64,000 bases of DNA from a virus (Duplodnaviria; Heunggongvirae; Uroviricota; Caudoviricetes): IMG/VR virus record IMGVR_UViG_3300026382_000001; one strand, 5' to 3'. Under the pieces are notes generated by a model. The model was given only the letters and a program-made list of their open reading frames with translations, searched no databases and was not told the DNA's origin. The number at the start of each line of letters is the position of its first letter. Within the stretch, counting starts at the first letter, position 1. This document shows, piece by piece, positions 48,762 to 58,952 of this stretch. Made by a program: the position numbers and the translations under genes.

Positions 48762-50798
48762 CTATTTAACTTTACATAGAATTTTAAAATTTTCTAAAGA
48801 ACTTGGGTCGCTATTTTCCAATGCTACTCCAATTAAATCAATGGTATTTTTATAAGTGTATGTTCCTTCAGCAACGTTCGGATTATTATGACTAGGATAT
48901 AAATACATTCCTTTTTTAATAAGTCCTTCGCATTTAACAGGTACTCTACCATTTAAAGCAATATTAACATATTCTTGATTATTTTCGAAAGTGCTATTAA
49001 GTACAAAACCTGGATTAGTCGTTACAATACCACAGTATATATTACCTTTAGCATTCTCAGTAACTTCAAAATCTTCATTATCTTTAGATCTATTAAAATA
49101 TAAAATAGTCCCCGATTCATACATATAATCTTCATGATTTTCTTTTTTATAGTACTCGGCTAAATCGGCATACTTAGCCGTAGTAGCAGTACCTGTAAAA
49201 GTTCCAGCGTCTACTGTAACACCGCTTGCATTATCGAATGTTAGTGTATCTCCATCCCAATACATATTTCCATCATCGGTACTACAAGTAATTCTATTAG
49301 AGTGATGTAAATCTATTTCGGTATTACTATAACTAAGTACATCATTACCATTATATTGTAAAGTATTGGCATAAAATTTCCAAGCACCATCATCTCCCCA
49401 ATCTTCAAGATTAAAAGATTCTACAAATTGTAAACGATTATCCAAATATTTTATATTATCATCAGCATTGAAAACTCTAGCTTTCGCTTCGGCTGCTATA
49501 TTTCCAATTAATGCTAACTGAGCATACAAATCATTTACTCCAACCGCTAATTCATTATCTTTTAAAGTAAATGGTGAAATAATATTTGAATTGATTAAAG
49601 ATCGGAACTTAACAAACATTTCGTTAATTGTATCAGTATAATTTTCAAATCTTCTTTCTATTTGTAAATCTGTTCTAAGCATTAGATATTCACTGAAACC
49701 TTGACTAGATATTTTCTCAGCTTTATCGTACCAATCCACTGTTTTTAGATCTTGAAACATACTTGCTTTATTTTCTAAATCCGAATTAGTCTCTGATTTT
49801 AAAAAATCAGTTATGGTTCCATAGATTACGTCGTACATATCGTATAATGATTTAACAATAACTTTTATTTTATCATCAGTGTATTCGAATACTTGTTTGC
49901 TTTCATCAATACTTTCTTGTAATAAAGCGGTTAATTTATTTATTTGAGTTCTATTTAAATTTAACTGACTACCAATTACAGATACCTTTCTTTTAAGATT
50001 AGAAATATCAAAAGAATATTCATTAATAGTATCGTCATATTTAGTTAATATTTCCGAAATTTTAGTAGCTAATAGTTCGGCTTGAATTTCTAAATTATTT
50101 TTAGTAGGTAAGTTTTGATATTGATCACCTTCTACAAATTTAGCAAAAATACTAAACACAGTACTTTTTTTATTAGTGGCATCTATTAAATTTAAAATTA
50201 TTTCAACTTTATAAACTCTTCTATTTTCTATTAATTCTATATCATCTGGATCTAAAGAATCAAAATCAAAATTAGAATATAAGTTAATACCATTATTATT
50301 TAATCTAATTGTAATATTATCCATACCAGTACTTGGGATAGGATCAATATCGAAATAAGAAGCATTTGTACCAACTATAGTACAAAAGGTATTGTATACT
50401 AAATCTATTTTAGCAGTAAGCATATTTGGATAAAGATTATGTGTATACATATTATGTTCAAAATGATTTAAAACGTAAGGCGCATTGTCGATAATACGCT
50501 GTACTTTAATACTAATATTTTGTGATATGCTGGCATCAGTTTCCATATCAGTTGCTATAATAGTAAAATTAAGTTGTTGAATTTCTTTATTTATATCTTC
50601 TGGATAATCCGTATTAATAGCGTCTTTACCATCACCCGTTAAATAAACTTTATTTTCTTGAACAGAAAAATATTGATTATAACTAGATTCTAGCGAATAA
50701 GAAACCGAATTAACGTCAGTTTCCACTTCAGTTATTAACTGCCCATCTACTAAGTTTTCTTCTATTATATCATAAATTTTTATTTCCGTAAATTCCAT
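48762..50798 (-). CDS. tail fibre/receptor-binding protein with C-terminal intramolecular chaperone domain
   Basis: Ig/cadherin-like N-terminus, coiled coil, TATTAKYADLAEYY...GIVTTNPG..LN...IALNGRVPVK...IGVALE. Confidence 0.75.
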   Translation of the reverse strand: MEFTEIKIYDIIEENLVDGQLITEVETDVNSVSYSLESSYNQYFSVQENKVYLTGDGKDAINTDYPEDINKEIQQLNFTIIATDMETDASISQNISIKVQRIIDNAPYVLNHFEHNMYTHNLYPNMLTAKIDLVYNTFCTIVGTNASYFDIDPIPSTGMDNITIRLNNNGINLYSNFDFDSLDPDDIELIENRRVYKVEIILNLIDATNKKSTVFSIFAKFVEGDQYQNLPTKNNLEIQAELLATKISEILTKYDDTINEYSFDISNLKRKVSVIGSQLNLNRTQINKLTALLQESIDESKQVFEYTDDKIKVIVKSLYDMYDVIYGTITDFLKSETNSDLENKASMFQDLKTVDWYDKAEKISSQGFSEYLMLRTDLQIERRFENYTDTINEMFVKFRSLINSNIISPFTLKDNELAVGVNDLYAQLALIGNIAAEAKARVFNADDNIKYLDNRLQFVESFNLEDWGDDGAWKFYANTLQYNGNDVLSYSNTEIDLHHSNRITCSTDDGNMYWDGDTLTFDNASGVTVDAGTFTGTATTAKYADLAEYYKKENHEDYMYESGTILYFNRSKDNEDFEVTENAKGNIYCGIVTTNPGFVLNSTFENNQEYVNIALNGRVPVKCEGLIKKGMYLYPSHNNPNVAEGTYTYKNTIDLIGVALENSDPSSLENFKILCKVK

Positions 50799-50806
50799 AT
50801 TAACTC

Positions 50807-51079
50807 CTAAAGAGTTTCTATTATATTAACAATAACGTTTGTTTCATCTACGTCACTAATACAATATACACTTTCATCAACAATTACATCTAACATATAT
50901 CTAATTGTTGTATTTGGTTGGAGTTCTCCAACCCAAAGAACTATGCTATCCGTTCTAATAGTTACTAAAGCTGGTGAATCACCATCAGTATTCGAAACTA
51001 TAATACTGTTTATAAGTCCAGTAACATTACCGAAGTTTTTTTCTACTCCGGCAGTTAAGACTGAAGTCTTTTTTATCAT
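50807..51079 (-). CDS. small beta-rich virion protein
   Basis: 90-aa ORF between structural genes. Confidence 0.45.
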   Translation of the reverse strand: MIKKTSVLTAGVEKNFGNVTGLINSIIVSNTDGDSPALVTIRTDSIVLWVGELQPNTTIRYMLDVIVDESVYCISDVDETNVIVNIIETL

Positions 51080-51096
51080 TTTTTATCCTTTAATTT

Positions 51097-54012
51097 TTAT
51101 TCAGAAAAAGTATTTAAATTTTGAAAACAATCTAAATTTGGATCAGCTAAACCATGATCATTAAATTCATAATCTGTTATAAGTACTGGATCATTAATAC
51201 CAAACTCTTCTCTTAATTTATTATATTCTATTACCATACCTTCTAACTCTGCAGTAAGGTTATTCAATACGCTTACAAAAGCATTTAGGTTAGTTTCAGT
51301 TCTATCTATTAACGATCTATCTGGTATAGTTTGACTTTTTAATTGCAATAAAATATCATTAATAATTTGAACATCGTTATTTACTGCAATTAACATTTTT
51401 TGTTTTAATCTAATACGAATAGTTAAATAAGTATAATTATAAATTTTTCGTTCATAATCACTAATATATAATATTGTGTTAACACTTTGTTGATGTGATA
51501 TTCTATCAATAATTTGTTGATCCATATTAACTATATCATTCTCTAATTTAATAACTAAAGATAATTCGGAAGATATTCTATTGTTTAAATCTTCTATTTC
51601 TAAATCGATATCTACTATAGTTAAAATAATTTCACTAAATTCTCTAAGACTTTCTTGATAAGTACTAAATGTATTATATTTCGTATTTATATAATTTCTT
51701 CTTTCTGTATCATAAACGTCTAAAGTATTTTCTATAGTTACTTTAGCTGTCTCATCTTCGGAATTAGTACCAGATAAAGTTTTTAAATAATTATTTACAT
51801 CTGTTAATTCTTGTATTAAATATCTAGTTATATAATACGGGGAATGTGTGTCGGTTTCCATCTGACGTGAGTATTCATCAAATGGAATATTATCATTATC
51901 ATTATCTATAAAATAATGAATTTTTTCTAAATAATGAGCGATGCCATATGCTCCAGCAGATATTTCTGTAAATTTTGGATCACCAAATAAATAATTACTT
52001 AATTGATTTAAATAAAATACTACTGATGTACCATTATTATTATCTATATCCATTAAATTATCTATATCCGTTGTATTAAATGTGTTTAAAGCGTTTATAA
52101 TTGCTGGAATAGTACTTTGTATATTTGTAACAACATTGCTTAAATTTTTCAAAGTATTAATTAATATTCGATTATTATTTCTAAATTGTTCCATTGGGTT
52201 ATTAGTACTACTGATAACCTCATCAGTTGCATTATAAGTAGTAACTGGTCCAACCAAAGTACCACGCTGAGTTTCACCAACTGGATTTCTAGAAGTTAAT
52301 GAATATTTAGTAGTATTTATATTTATATTAACTATTGAAACATTAGAACCACTTGGGGCATCCATATCGGTTTTTACCTTAGGTGCTGAAACCTGTATTA
52401 TCGAAGTAGTAAGACGATTAATACTCGGCAATGCCAATGAACTAAAATCTCGAAAACCATTAAAAGAACTACTAAATGTTTGAATAGTATATTCTAATTC
52501 AAAAAATAAATTATCTTGATTTTTAGTACTAAAATTATCTTTTAAATCATTTAAATAGGTAATAAATTGATTTAAGTTAGCTAAGTACTGAGTTAAATAA
52601 GTTTCAAAATCTGGTAAATATTTAATTAGGTAATCAATCTTGGCAAATTTAAATTGATTTTCCGATTGGTATTTATTCATAATTGCATTTTGATCAATTA
52701 AAGTGTTTTCCAAAGTAGAAATACTTATAGGACCAGTTACATTATTAATTGTTACCACCGGAGTACTAGTTAAAGTAGTATTATTATAAATAGTTAAATT
52801 ATCTTGATATTCATTTTCTTTAATATTGCTATCAGTAACTAATTGATCTTTTTGATTAGCTAATTCTTCTTTAAGTATTTGCAATTCTCGAATAAATAAA
52901 TTTCTAAAATCTTTGGATTCTTTACTATTCCAATAAGCATAAATAATATTAAAACGATCCTGAAATTGTTGAGGAAGACCAATAAGTTCTAAAAAATTAG
53001 CAGTATTCATATCATCAGCATACTGAAAATTAACCATCATTTTTTTATTATCCAAAGCGTACCCAACCATTACATTACCTGGAGTAAATCTAGAACTTAT
53101 TTTTCCAGGTACTGGCTGTTGTCCATCTTCCCAAGCGTAATTAGTTTCAGAACAGTTATCTAAAAGATAATAACTTTTTCCTGGTTCCATATTTAATAAT
53201 ATTTTATTACTATCATCTATTTTTATATTAAGATTAAAATCAATAATACCATTCGTAACTATAGTATGTGCGCCAGATTTTGGATTATAAACATAAATTC
53301 CCATAGCTTTATCTATTTTTCTATTACATGCTCTTGCTGGTTTATATAATCCGTCTAAATCCAAGAAAATAACATCCCCAGATTTTGTACTATATTCCGG
53401 ATTAGTACTATTTTTATATAATTTATTTGCTGATATAGTAATACCTTGATAAGAGTTAATTTTAAATAAATCAACTGCTTTATCAGAAACTAACTGAAAT
53501 AATCTAGTGTAGTTATCAATAAACATATCATCAAGATTCTGTGGATATGTTATTAAATCGTAACCATCCATTTTAAATTGAATAATCTTAAGCATGGTTG
53601 CCGGATTATAAGAACTAACTGCCACATAATCAAAAATAGCAGGATTATACAAACATTGGTTGCTATACTGATAATAAATTACTAAATAATAATCGACATT
53701 ATTAACTAATTTTGAAATTGGAACGTTAAATATAATATCATCCGTAAATGCTATAAATTGATCATCTACGAAACAAGAACCTTTATTAATATAAAATTCT
53801 AAATTATTTTCATTATTTAAAATAGTTTTTCGTACTGTTGTTTCTAGTCCACTAATATATGAAGATATGGTTACTGTTGGATCGACTGGTTTAAAAGAGT
53901 TAAATACTTTTGAAGTAAGTCTTAAATAATCATTTGGAGCTCTATCACTTGCTTCTAAACCAAGTATCTCTGCATTTTTATAATCATCTAGACCATTGAT
54001 TGTAATACTCAT
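51097..54012 (-). CDS. large virion structural protein (fibre/baseplate-associated) with long coiled coil
   Basis: VIFLD..G.Y.PA...AMGI...NGII...PGKSYYL...PGKIS...VGYAL beta module; heptad-rich C-terminal half. Confidence 0.55.
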   Translation of the reverse strand: MSITINGLDDYKNAEILGLEASDRAPNDYLRLTSKVFNSFKPVDPTVTISSYISGLETTVRKTILNNENNLEFYINKGSCFVDDQFIAFTDDIIFNVPISKLVNNVDYYLVIYYQYSNQCLYNPAIFDYVAVSSYNPATMLKIIQFKMDGYDLITYPQNLDDMFIDNYTRLFQLVSDKAVDLFKINSYQGITISANKLYKNSTNPEYSTKSGDVIFLDLDGLYKPARACNRKIDKAMGIYVYNPKSGAHTIVTNGIIDFNLNIKIDDSNKILLNMEPGKSYYLLDNCSETNYAWEDGQQPVPGKISSRFTPGNVMVGYALDNKKMMVNFQYADDMNTANFLELIGLPQQFQDRFNIIYAYWNSKESKDFRNLFIRELQILKEELANQKDQLVTDSNIKENEYQDNLTIYNNTTLTSTPVVTINNVTGPISISTLENTLIDQNAIMNKYQSENQFKFAKIDYLIKYLPDFETYLTQYLANLNQFITYLNDLKDNFSTKNQDNLFFELEYTIQTFSSSFNGFRDFSSLALPSINRLTTSIIQVSAPKVKTDMDAPSGSNVSIVNININTTKYSLTSRNPVGETQRGTLVGPVTTYNATDEVISSTNNPMEQFRNNNRILINTLKNLSNVVTNIQSTIPAIINALNTFNTTDIDNLMDIDNNNGTSVVFYLNQLSNYLFGDPKFTEISAGAYGIAHYLEKIHYFIDNDNDNIPFDEYSRQMETDTHSPYYITRYLIQELTDVNNYLKTLSGTNSEDETAKVTIENTLDVYDTERRNYINTKYNTFSTYQESLREFSEIILTIVDIDLEIEDLNNRISSELSLVIKLENDIVNMDQQIIDRISHQQSVNTILYISDYERKIYNYTYLTIRIRLKQKMLIAVNNDVQIINDILLQLKSQTIPDRSLIDRTETNLNAFVSVLNNLTAELEGMVIEYNKLREEFGINDPVLITDYEFNDHGLADPNLDCFQNLNTFSE

Positions 54013-54014
54013 AA

Positions 54015-54677
54015 TTATCCTTTATTTTGTTTTTCTTGTTGCATTTTGGCTTGATAATCCGTAAATAATGAAATTAATTTCATTTCAAGATTAGCAAATA
54101 ATTGATAAACTAAATTAATTTCTAGATTAAAAATTAAAGTATTTACCACTTTAATATACTCATGTACTTGGGCAACATCTTTATAAAATTCCTCGTCTAT
54201 ATTTGGGAAGTTATCTGTAAACATTTCTAATTTACTTTCAAGATCATTTAATTTGTCGTAAATATTAAAACGAATTACCATTTCTTGAATATTATTTATT
54301 TGATAAGCTCTTTCTTCTTCTGGAGAAGGTTCCTGAGATCCTTGTAACATCTGTCCAAGTAATTCTACATCTGATTGATTAATTTTTCCAGAATCTAATA
54401 ACTTCTTTATATCAGCTTCCATATCTTCAGATTGTTGTAAATTTTGGGCCAATTGTTGAAGTTCCTCTTCTGGTAATAAAGGTTCTTCTTGACCTTCTTC
54501 TTCTCCCCCATTCGAATCTGAATCCTCATTATCTTCGGTTTGTGTATCATCAGGTGGAGTATCATCGTCCGAATTTACTTCTTGAGTTTTGGCCTCTTCA
54601 ATTAAAAAATCCCAAGGAGATTTCCCATATTGATATCCATTTTCTTCTAAAATTTTTAAACTTATTTTCTTTTTCAT
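54015..54677 (-). CDS. acidic prohead core-like protein
   Basis: KILEEN and FLIEEA motifs; acidic linker; next to the portal. Confidence 0.5.
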   Translation of the reverse strand: MKKKISLKILEENGYQYGKSPWDFLIEEAKTQEVNSDDDTPPDDTQTEDNEDSDSNGGEEEGQEEPLLPEEELQQLAQNLQQSEDMEADIKKLLDSGKINQSDVELLGQMLQGSQEPSPEEERAYQINNIQEMVIRFNIYDKLNDLESKLEMFTDNFPNIDEEFYKDVAQVHEYIKVVNTLIFNLEINLVYQLFANLEMKLISLFTDYQAKMQQEKQNKG

Positions 54678-54734
54678 AAGATTCCTTTGATATACTTTGG
54701 TAAGGTTATTTAATATTTAGTTCGAAAGATAAAA

Positions 54735-54765
54735 GACAGGAAAATCTTAGGCAAAAGCCTAAGAT
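54735..54765 (-). terminator. hairpin + TTTCCTGTC element
   Basis: ATCTTAGGC/GCCTAAGAT stem after the portal stop. Confidence 0.8.
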
Positions 54766-54769
54766 AATA

Positions 54770-57016
54770 TTATTGAACTTGCTCTGGAGGCTGAGCTAAG
54801 TTTTGCATAATCTGTTCTTTAATCTGTTCTTTAATCTCTGTTTCTCCACCACGTTTTAATTTATCCCACGGTAGGTTAGGAGCATAAAGTTTAAATAATT
54901 CTTCTGGATCTACCTTCATTCCTGCTTGAGAAAGAGTTCCAACTAGATTACCAATACTACTAATAACTGCTTCGCTATTTTGCAATTGTAAAATAACCGG
55001 AGCATTTAAAGTAAATTTCATGTATTGTGTAATATTAAAAGATTTATAATCTTTATTATTAGCTTTAAGTACTTTTTGAAAGACTGTATTAATTAAATCG
55101 TTTAATGCATCTTCAATATAACCTTGATAAGTAGTAATACTATTGGCGAAAGTAATATTAAGATTTACTAAAGTTTCTCTTTGTTCTATATTTTCTCCAA
55201 TATTTAAAAATACTGATGGAATACCTGTAGCTGCAATAAGTTCATTTCTAAGATCACCTAAATCATTAATAGGCAATGCTCTATCATGCATAGGCATAAC
55301 TTCCATATCAATAAATTTTTGACCATTCTTAGATACTGTAGCAATATCACGGAAGTCAGTCATAATTTGAGAAATATTTTTCATTGAACCTAAATCATCG
55401 TATGAAATATTTTTAGTTTTAAGTTCTTTTTGAACATTTTGAACTATTTGTGAATGGTTTCTTCGTTTACCAACTTCAATATTCCATTTACGAACAACAG
55501 AAGCTCTACTTAATCTAGATATAACCGAACTTAAAAGAGCGATCGTATATAGTTTAACTGGAAGAACTATTGGATCAAATACGCTAGTTGCATAAGGAGC
55601 AAACTTATCAATATTTGTATGAAAGTTAATTAAATTATTTGCTTCTACCAATCTAAATTTTAGTTTAGATCTTTTCTTAATTTTTTCATAAAGAATAACT
55701 TTAAGACTAAATGATAATTCTTCTGGTAAATCCTCTATAAAGTTATTAGAAATTGCTAAATGTTCTTTTAATTTAAAAATAATTTCTTTACTAAATTTAT
55801 CTATTACTTCATCTGTAGTTTTCTTATTAGTAAGAGATTCTTTATTACTAGTGTTATCGTCATCATTAGCAAATCTTTTATAAAGGTTTACTTCGTCTGC
55901 TTCGGCACCTTTATTTAACTCTTCAATTACTAAATAACCAAAGTTAATCCCATCTTGTTCTAATTTAATAACAGATGTAGGTTGAATAAATTTTAAATAA
56001 ATATTTTTAATAATATCGAAATCTAAATCTTTTATATTATTAATATCGAATAAATCTGATTGAAAACCACTTTGTTCTAATTCTCCAATTTGATCCATAT
56101 AAACATCATTAAATAAATTAATATCATTCTCTTGGATACTTTCTTTAGATTTTAAAATATTTATAAATTGTTCGGAAGGAGCTTCTGTATAATTTTCCTG
56201 AATTTCTTCTTTTTGAATTATCGGAAGTTCTAGATATCCCAAATTACAATTAGCAGTAACATTTTTATCTTCCCCATAAAAAGTAATATTTTCAGTAATC
56301 AATTCTGATCTAGTTTCGGCGATTTTAGAAATACCTGAAAGATCAATTACCTCCATATAAAAGTCGCCGTATTTGAGAGTATTATGGATAATACTATTTT
56401 TTAATTTATTTTGAATATCAAAATAAACTAAAAATGTTTTCATAAAATTTGAAATATTCTTTTTAACATTTTCATCTAATTTAATCATCAATTCATTATG
56501 ATCATTTTCAATAATATTTATAAATTGTTTATTTTGAATATTTTTAATAAGAATATTATCAATGTAAACTCTAAGCATTCTATAAGCGATTGGATTGATT
56601 TCTGATATTTCATTGTAAAGATCGTAAATTTGTTTTCTATTATTACTAATATTACCATTGTTAAATATTTTTAAAATATCATCTGAGTTAGTATTTAGTA
56701 AATCATCTAAATCTTTATTTTCTTCATCTTTCTCAGCTTTATCCGATTTAATACTACTCATTCCTGTAAGAACTGGATTAATATTATTTATTTCTATTCG
56801 CTGAACATTAGAACTAAATAGTTGCATATCAGAACTACCATTAACAACTTCAGAATATATTTTATCAAATTCGTTTGTTATTTGATCTAAATTATCTAAA
56901 TCATCCAGAACGTTTATTGCATTCTGTTCTGGAGTTTGTTGAGACTGTTCCTGATTCATTTGGTTAGGATCTTGACTTGGATCAGGTATTCCCCAATCAT
57001 TGTATTCATTTGCCAT
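54770..57016 (-). CDS. portal protein (T4 gp20-like)
   Basis: LKYGDFY, SVFDP, SRLSRA..VRKWNIEVG, DL..LRNELIAATGIPSVFL. Confidence 0.72.
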   Translation of the reverse strand: MANEYNDWGIPDPSQDPNQMNQEQSQQTPEQNAINVLDDLDNLDQITNEFDKIYSEVVNGSSDMQLFSSNVQRIEINNINPVLTGMSSIKSDKAEKDEENKDLDDLLNTNSDDILKIFNNGNISNNRKQIYDLYNEISEINPIAYRMLRVYIDNILIKNIQNKQFINIIENDHNELMIKLDENVKKNISNFMKTFLVYFDIQNKLKNSIIHNTLKYGDFYMEVIDLSGISKIAETRSELITENITFYGEDKNVTANCNLGYLELPIIQKEEIQENYTEAPSEQFINILKSKESIQENDINLFNDVYMDQIGELEQSGFQSDLFDINNIKDLDFDIIKNIYLKFIQPTSVIKLEQDGINFGYLVIEELNKGAEADEVNLYKRFANDDDNTSNKESLTNKKTTDEVIDKFSKEIIFKLKEHLAISNNFIEDLPEELSFSLKVILYEKIKKRSKLKFRLVEANNLINFHTNIDKFAPYATSVFDPIVLPVKLYTIALLSSVISRLSRASVVRKWNIEVGKRRNHSQIVQNVQKELKTKNISYDDLGSMKNISQIMTDFRDIATVSKNGQKFIDMEVMPMHDRALPINDLGDLRNELIAATGIPSVFLNIGENIEQRETLVNLNITFANSITTYQGYIEDALNDLINTVFQKVLKANNKDYKSFNITQYMKFTLNAPVILQLQNSEAVISSIGNLVGTLSQAGMKVDPEELFKLYAPNLPWDKLKRGGETEIKEQIKEQIMQNLAQPPEQVQ

Positions 57017-57025
57017 TTAATCTCC

Positions 57026-57532
57026 TTAGTTTTTATTCGTTTCTATTTCGGACATGAAAAACATATTATCTTTTATATCTTCTTCTTTGTTTAGAAACTT
57101 AGCATCTGTTTTATTAAAATAAGTAGCGAATTGTTGATGAATATATATTTCTATCCCACTAGCACTAAATAATTTAACTATTTCTTTTTTCATTTCTGGA
57201 GAAAGACTCATAAAAATATCATTAAAGAAAAATTCTTTTATTTCTAGAAATCGTTCCTTCGTGAACTTTTCTTTTTTTGAGTACTCGTTTCCAATATATA
57301 CTGGAAGTATATCTTTATATAAATAATATTCGTATTTCTTTTTAATTAAATCATTTAAAAAATCCATAGCATATTTTCCATTTACAGGAGAAATACTTAA
57401 CAAATTTTCTGGTTTTTTCATTTCTTTTGTTTTATTTTTTTTTCGTGTATCAATTATAAATAATAACATACCTATTAAAAATGCCAATGCTCCACTAATT
57501 AATGGATATACCCACAGATAGTCTTGATTCAT
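57026..57532 (-). CDS. N-terminally anchored membrane protein
   Basis: LWVYPLISGALAFLIGMLLFII followed by a basic stretch. Confidence 0.65.
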   Translation of the reverse strand: MNQDYLWVYPLISGALAFLIGMLLFIIDTRKKNKTKEMKKPENLLSISPVNGKYAMDFLNDLIKKKYEYYLYKDILPVYIGNEYSKKEKFTKERFLEIKEFFFNDIFMSLSPEMKKEIVKLFSASGIEIYIHQQFATYFNKTDAKFLNKEEDIKDNMFFMSEIETNKN

Positions 57533-57557
57533 ATATTTTCCTTTTAATTAATTATAT

Positions 57558-58943
57558 CTATACCTTAAATGTATAGCTATTTGCAAAACCTTTTATATAT
57601 CCATTTTTAGTATCTGGATATTCAGAAAGTTTCATAAAATCTCCTTGAGTTGCATCCTTTGATGGTCCACCATAAGCAATACCCATTAAACCATCTATTT
57701 CATCGCCTGGAGATTGAACCCCTAAACCATCATTACCATAAATAGATCTTGGTGCGTGTGGTGTGTACCCAGTTAATTCAGTAGCTTTAGCAGCTATTTG
57801 ATCAAATACTTTTCTTAATGCCTCATATGCGGTTTTAAGAATTTTTGTTATATTAGTACCAACGATAGCTTTTACCATACCTGCTTCTTCTTTACCGGTG
57901 GTTAATAATTTACCTACATTTTTCGTTATTGAAGTAGTTGAACCACCGGTATATTGTACTGCAAAATCTTGCATTAATGGTACGATAGTTAATCTTACAT
58001 CTACTAAAAGCGGTTGTTTAGAACTATTGAAAACTGTTTCATATGACCCTCTAGAAATTGTCATTGCTGCAACTGCACCAATTTTAAAATGAGTAATACC
58101 ATATGCTCTAACATCCCATATTAAAGGCATGGCGTATGTAACCCCATTTACCGTAATTGGTGAACCAGCTGCCATCATTGTTAAGATAGGTAATGTAATA
58201 TTTTTATAAATACTTAATGGATCTCCACTTGGACTGGCCAATTTAATAAATAAATTTAAAGTACTATTATAAGAAGAACTTTGCCAAGTATTTGGAGTAG
58301 CAAATTGAACACCAAGAGCTTTACCACTTAATAAGGAAATTAACCCACTTTGCGTACTTGCTGCTGTAAGAGCATCTAAAGCATTTTCATATCCCATATT
58401 TTGAAACTTACCTAGCATTGATTCTCCACCCAAAGCTTCGTTAACACTAGGCATAAATTTATTCATTGCTTTCATACCCATACTTGGCATGCTGCTTCCA
58501 GAATCATTATTTTGAAAGTTATTAGAAATTGTTTCTGTAAAGGTACTATCGTTTGTTCCCATAATACGAATACTGCTGGTTTTTACCCAGGTTTTATTTA
58601 TAGCTGTAGCTTTTTCTTTAAATAAATTTTTAGTTGAGGCACTACATCCTGGTAAACCATCTAAACCTTTTTCAAACTGTGTTAAAGAATGCTTAGCTAA
58701 ATTTTTTATTACATCTTTAAATATATTAAGAGATTTGCTAGCATTATTACCAGAACTATAATTATAAAAATTTGATATATCTCCTTTAACACCCAACATA
58801 CCCATATTTACTGAATAAGACGCAGGGATTAAATCAATGTATGTAACATCTCTTAATAATATTTTACCAAAAGTATTTTCTTCATCCAGTACATGTCCAT
58901 ATCCAGGTATTTTCCCAACTATTGTTACGTTCGTTGTTGCCAT
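57558..58943 (-). CDS. baseplate hub/tail tube initiator-like protein (gp48/gp54-like)
   Basis: PNTWQSSSY...LFIKL.SP.G...PL...AVAAMTISRG...PLLVDVRLTI; downstream of the tape measure gene. Confidence 0.5.
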   Translation of the reverse strand: MATTNVTIVGKIPGYGHVLDEENTFGKILLRDVTYIDLIPASYSVNMGMLGVKGDISNFYNYSSGNNASKSLNIFKDVIKNLAKHSLTQFEKGLDGLPGCSASTKNLFKEKATAINKTWVKTSSIRIMGTNDSTFTETISNNFQNNDSGSSMPSMGMKAMNKFMPSVNEALGGESMLGKFQNMGYENALDALTAASTQSGLISLLSGKALGVQFATPNTWQSSSYNSTLNLFIKLASPSGDPLSIYKNITLPILTMMAAGSPITVNGVTYAMPLIWDVRAYGITHFKIGAVAAMTISRGSYETVFNSSKQPLLVDVRLTIVPLMQDFAVQYTGGSTTSITKNVGKLLTTGKEEAGMVKAIVGTNITKILKTAYEALRKVFDQIAAKATELTGYTPHAPRSIYGNDGLGVQSPGDEIDGLMGIAYGGPSKDATQGDFMKLSEYPDTKNGYIKGFANSYTFKV

Positions 58944-58952
58944 TTATTTTCC

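Noticed and set aside
7658-58092. Short ORF-track entries 7658..7876, 13913..14137, 16966..17154, 18838..19026, 21029..21217, 28480..28686, 43085..43273, 43824..44090, 46630..46866, 50943..51164, 57898..58092
   Set aside because: Alternate-frame or antisense shadows overlapping well-supported genes, with no motifs
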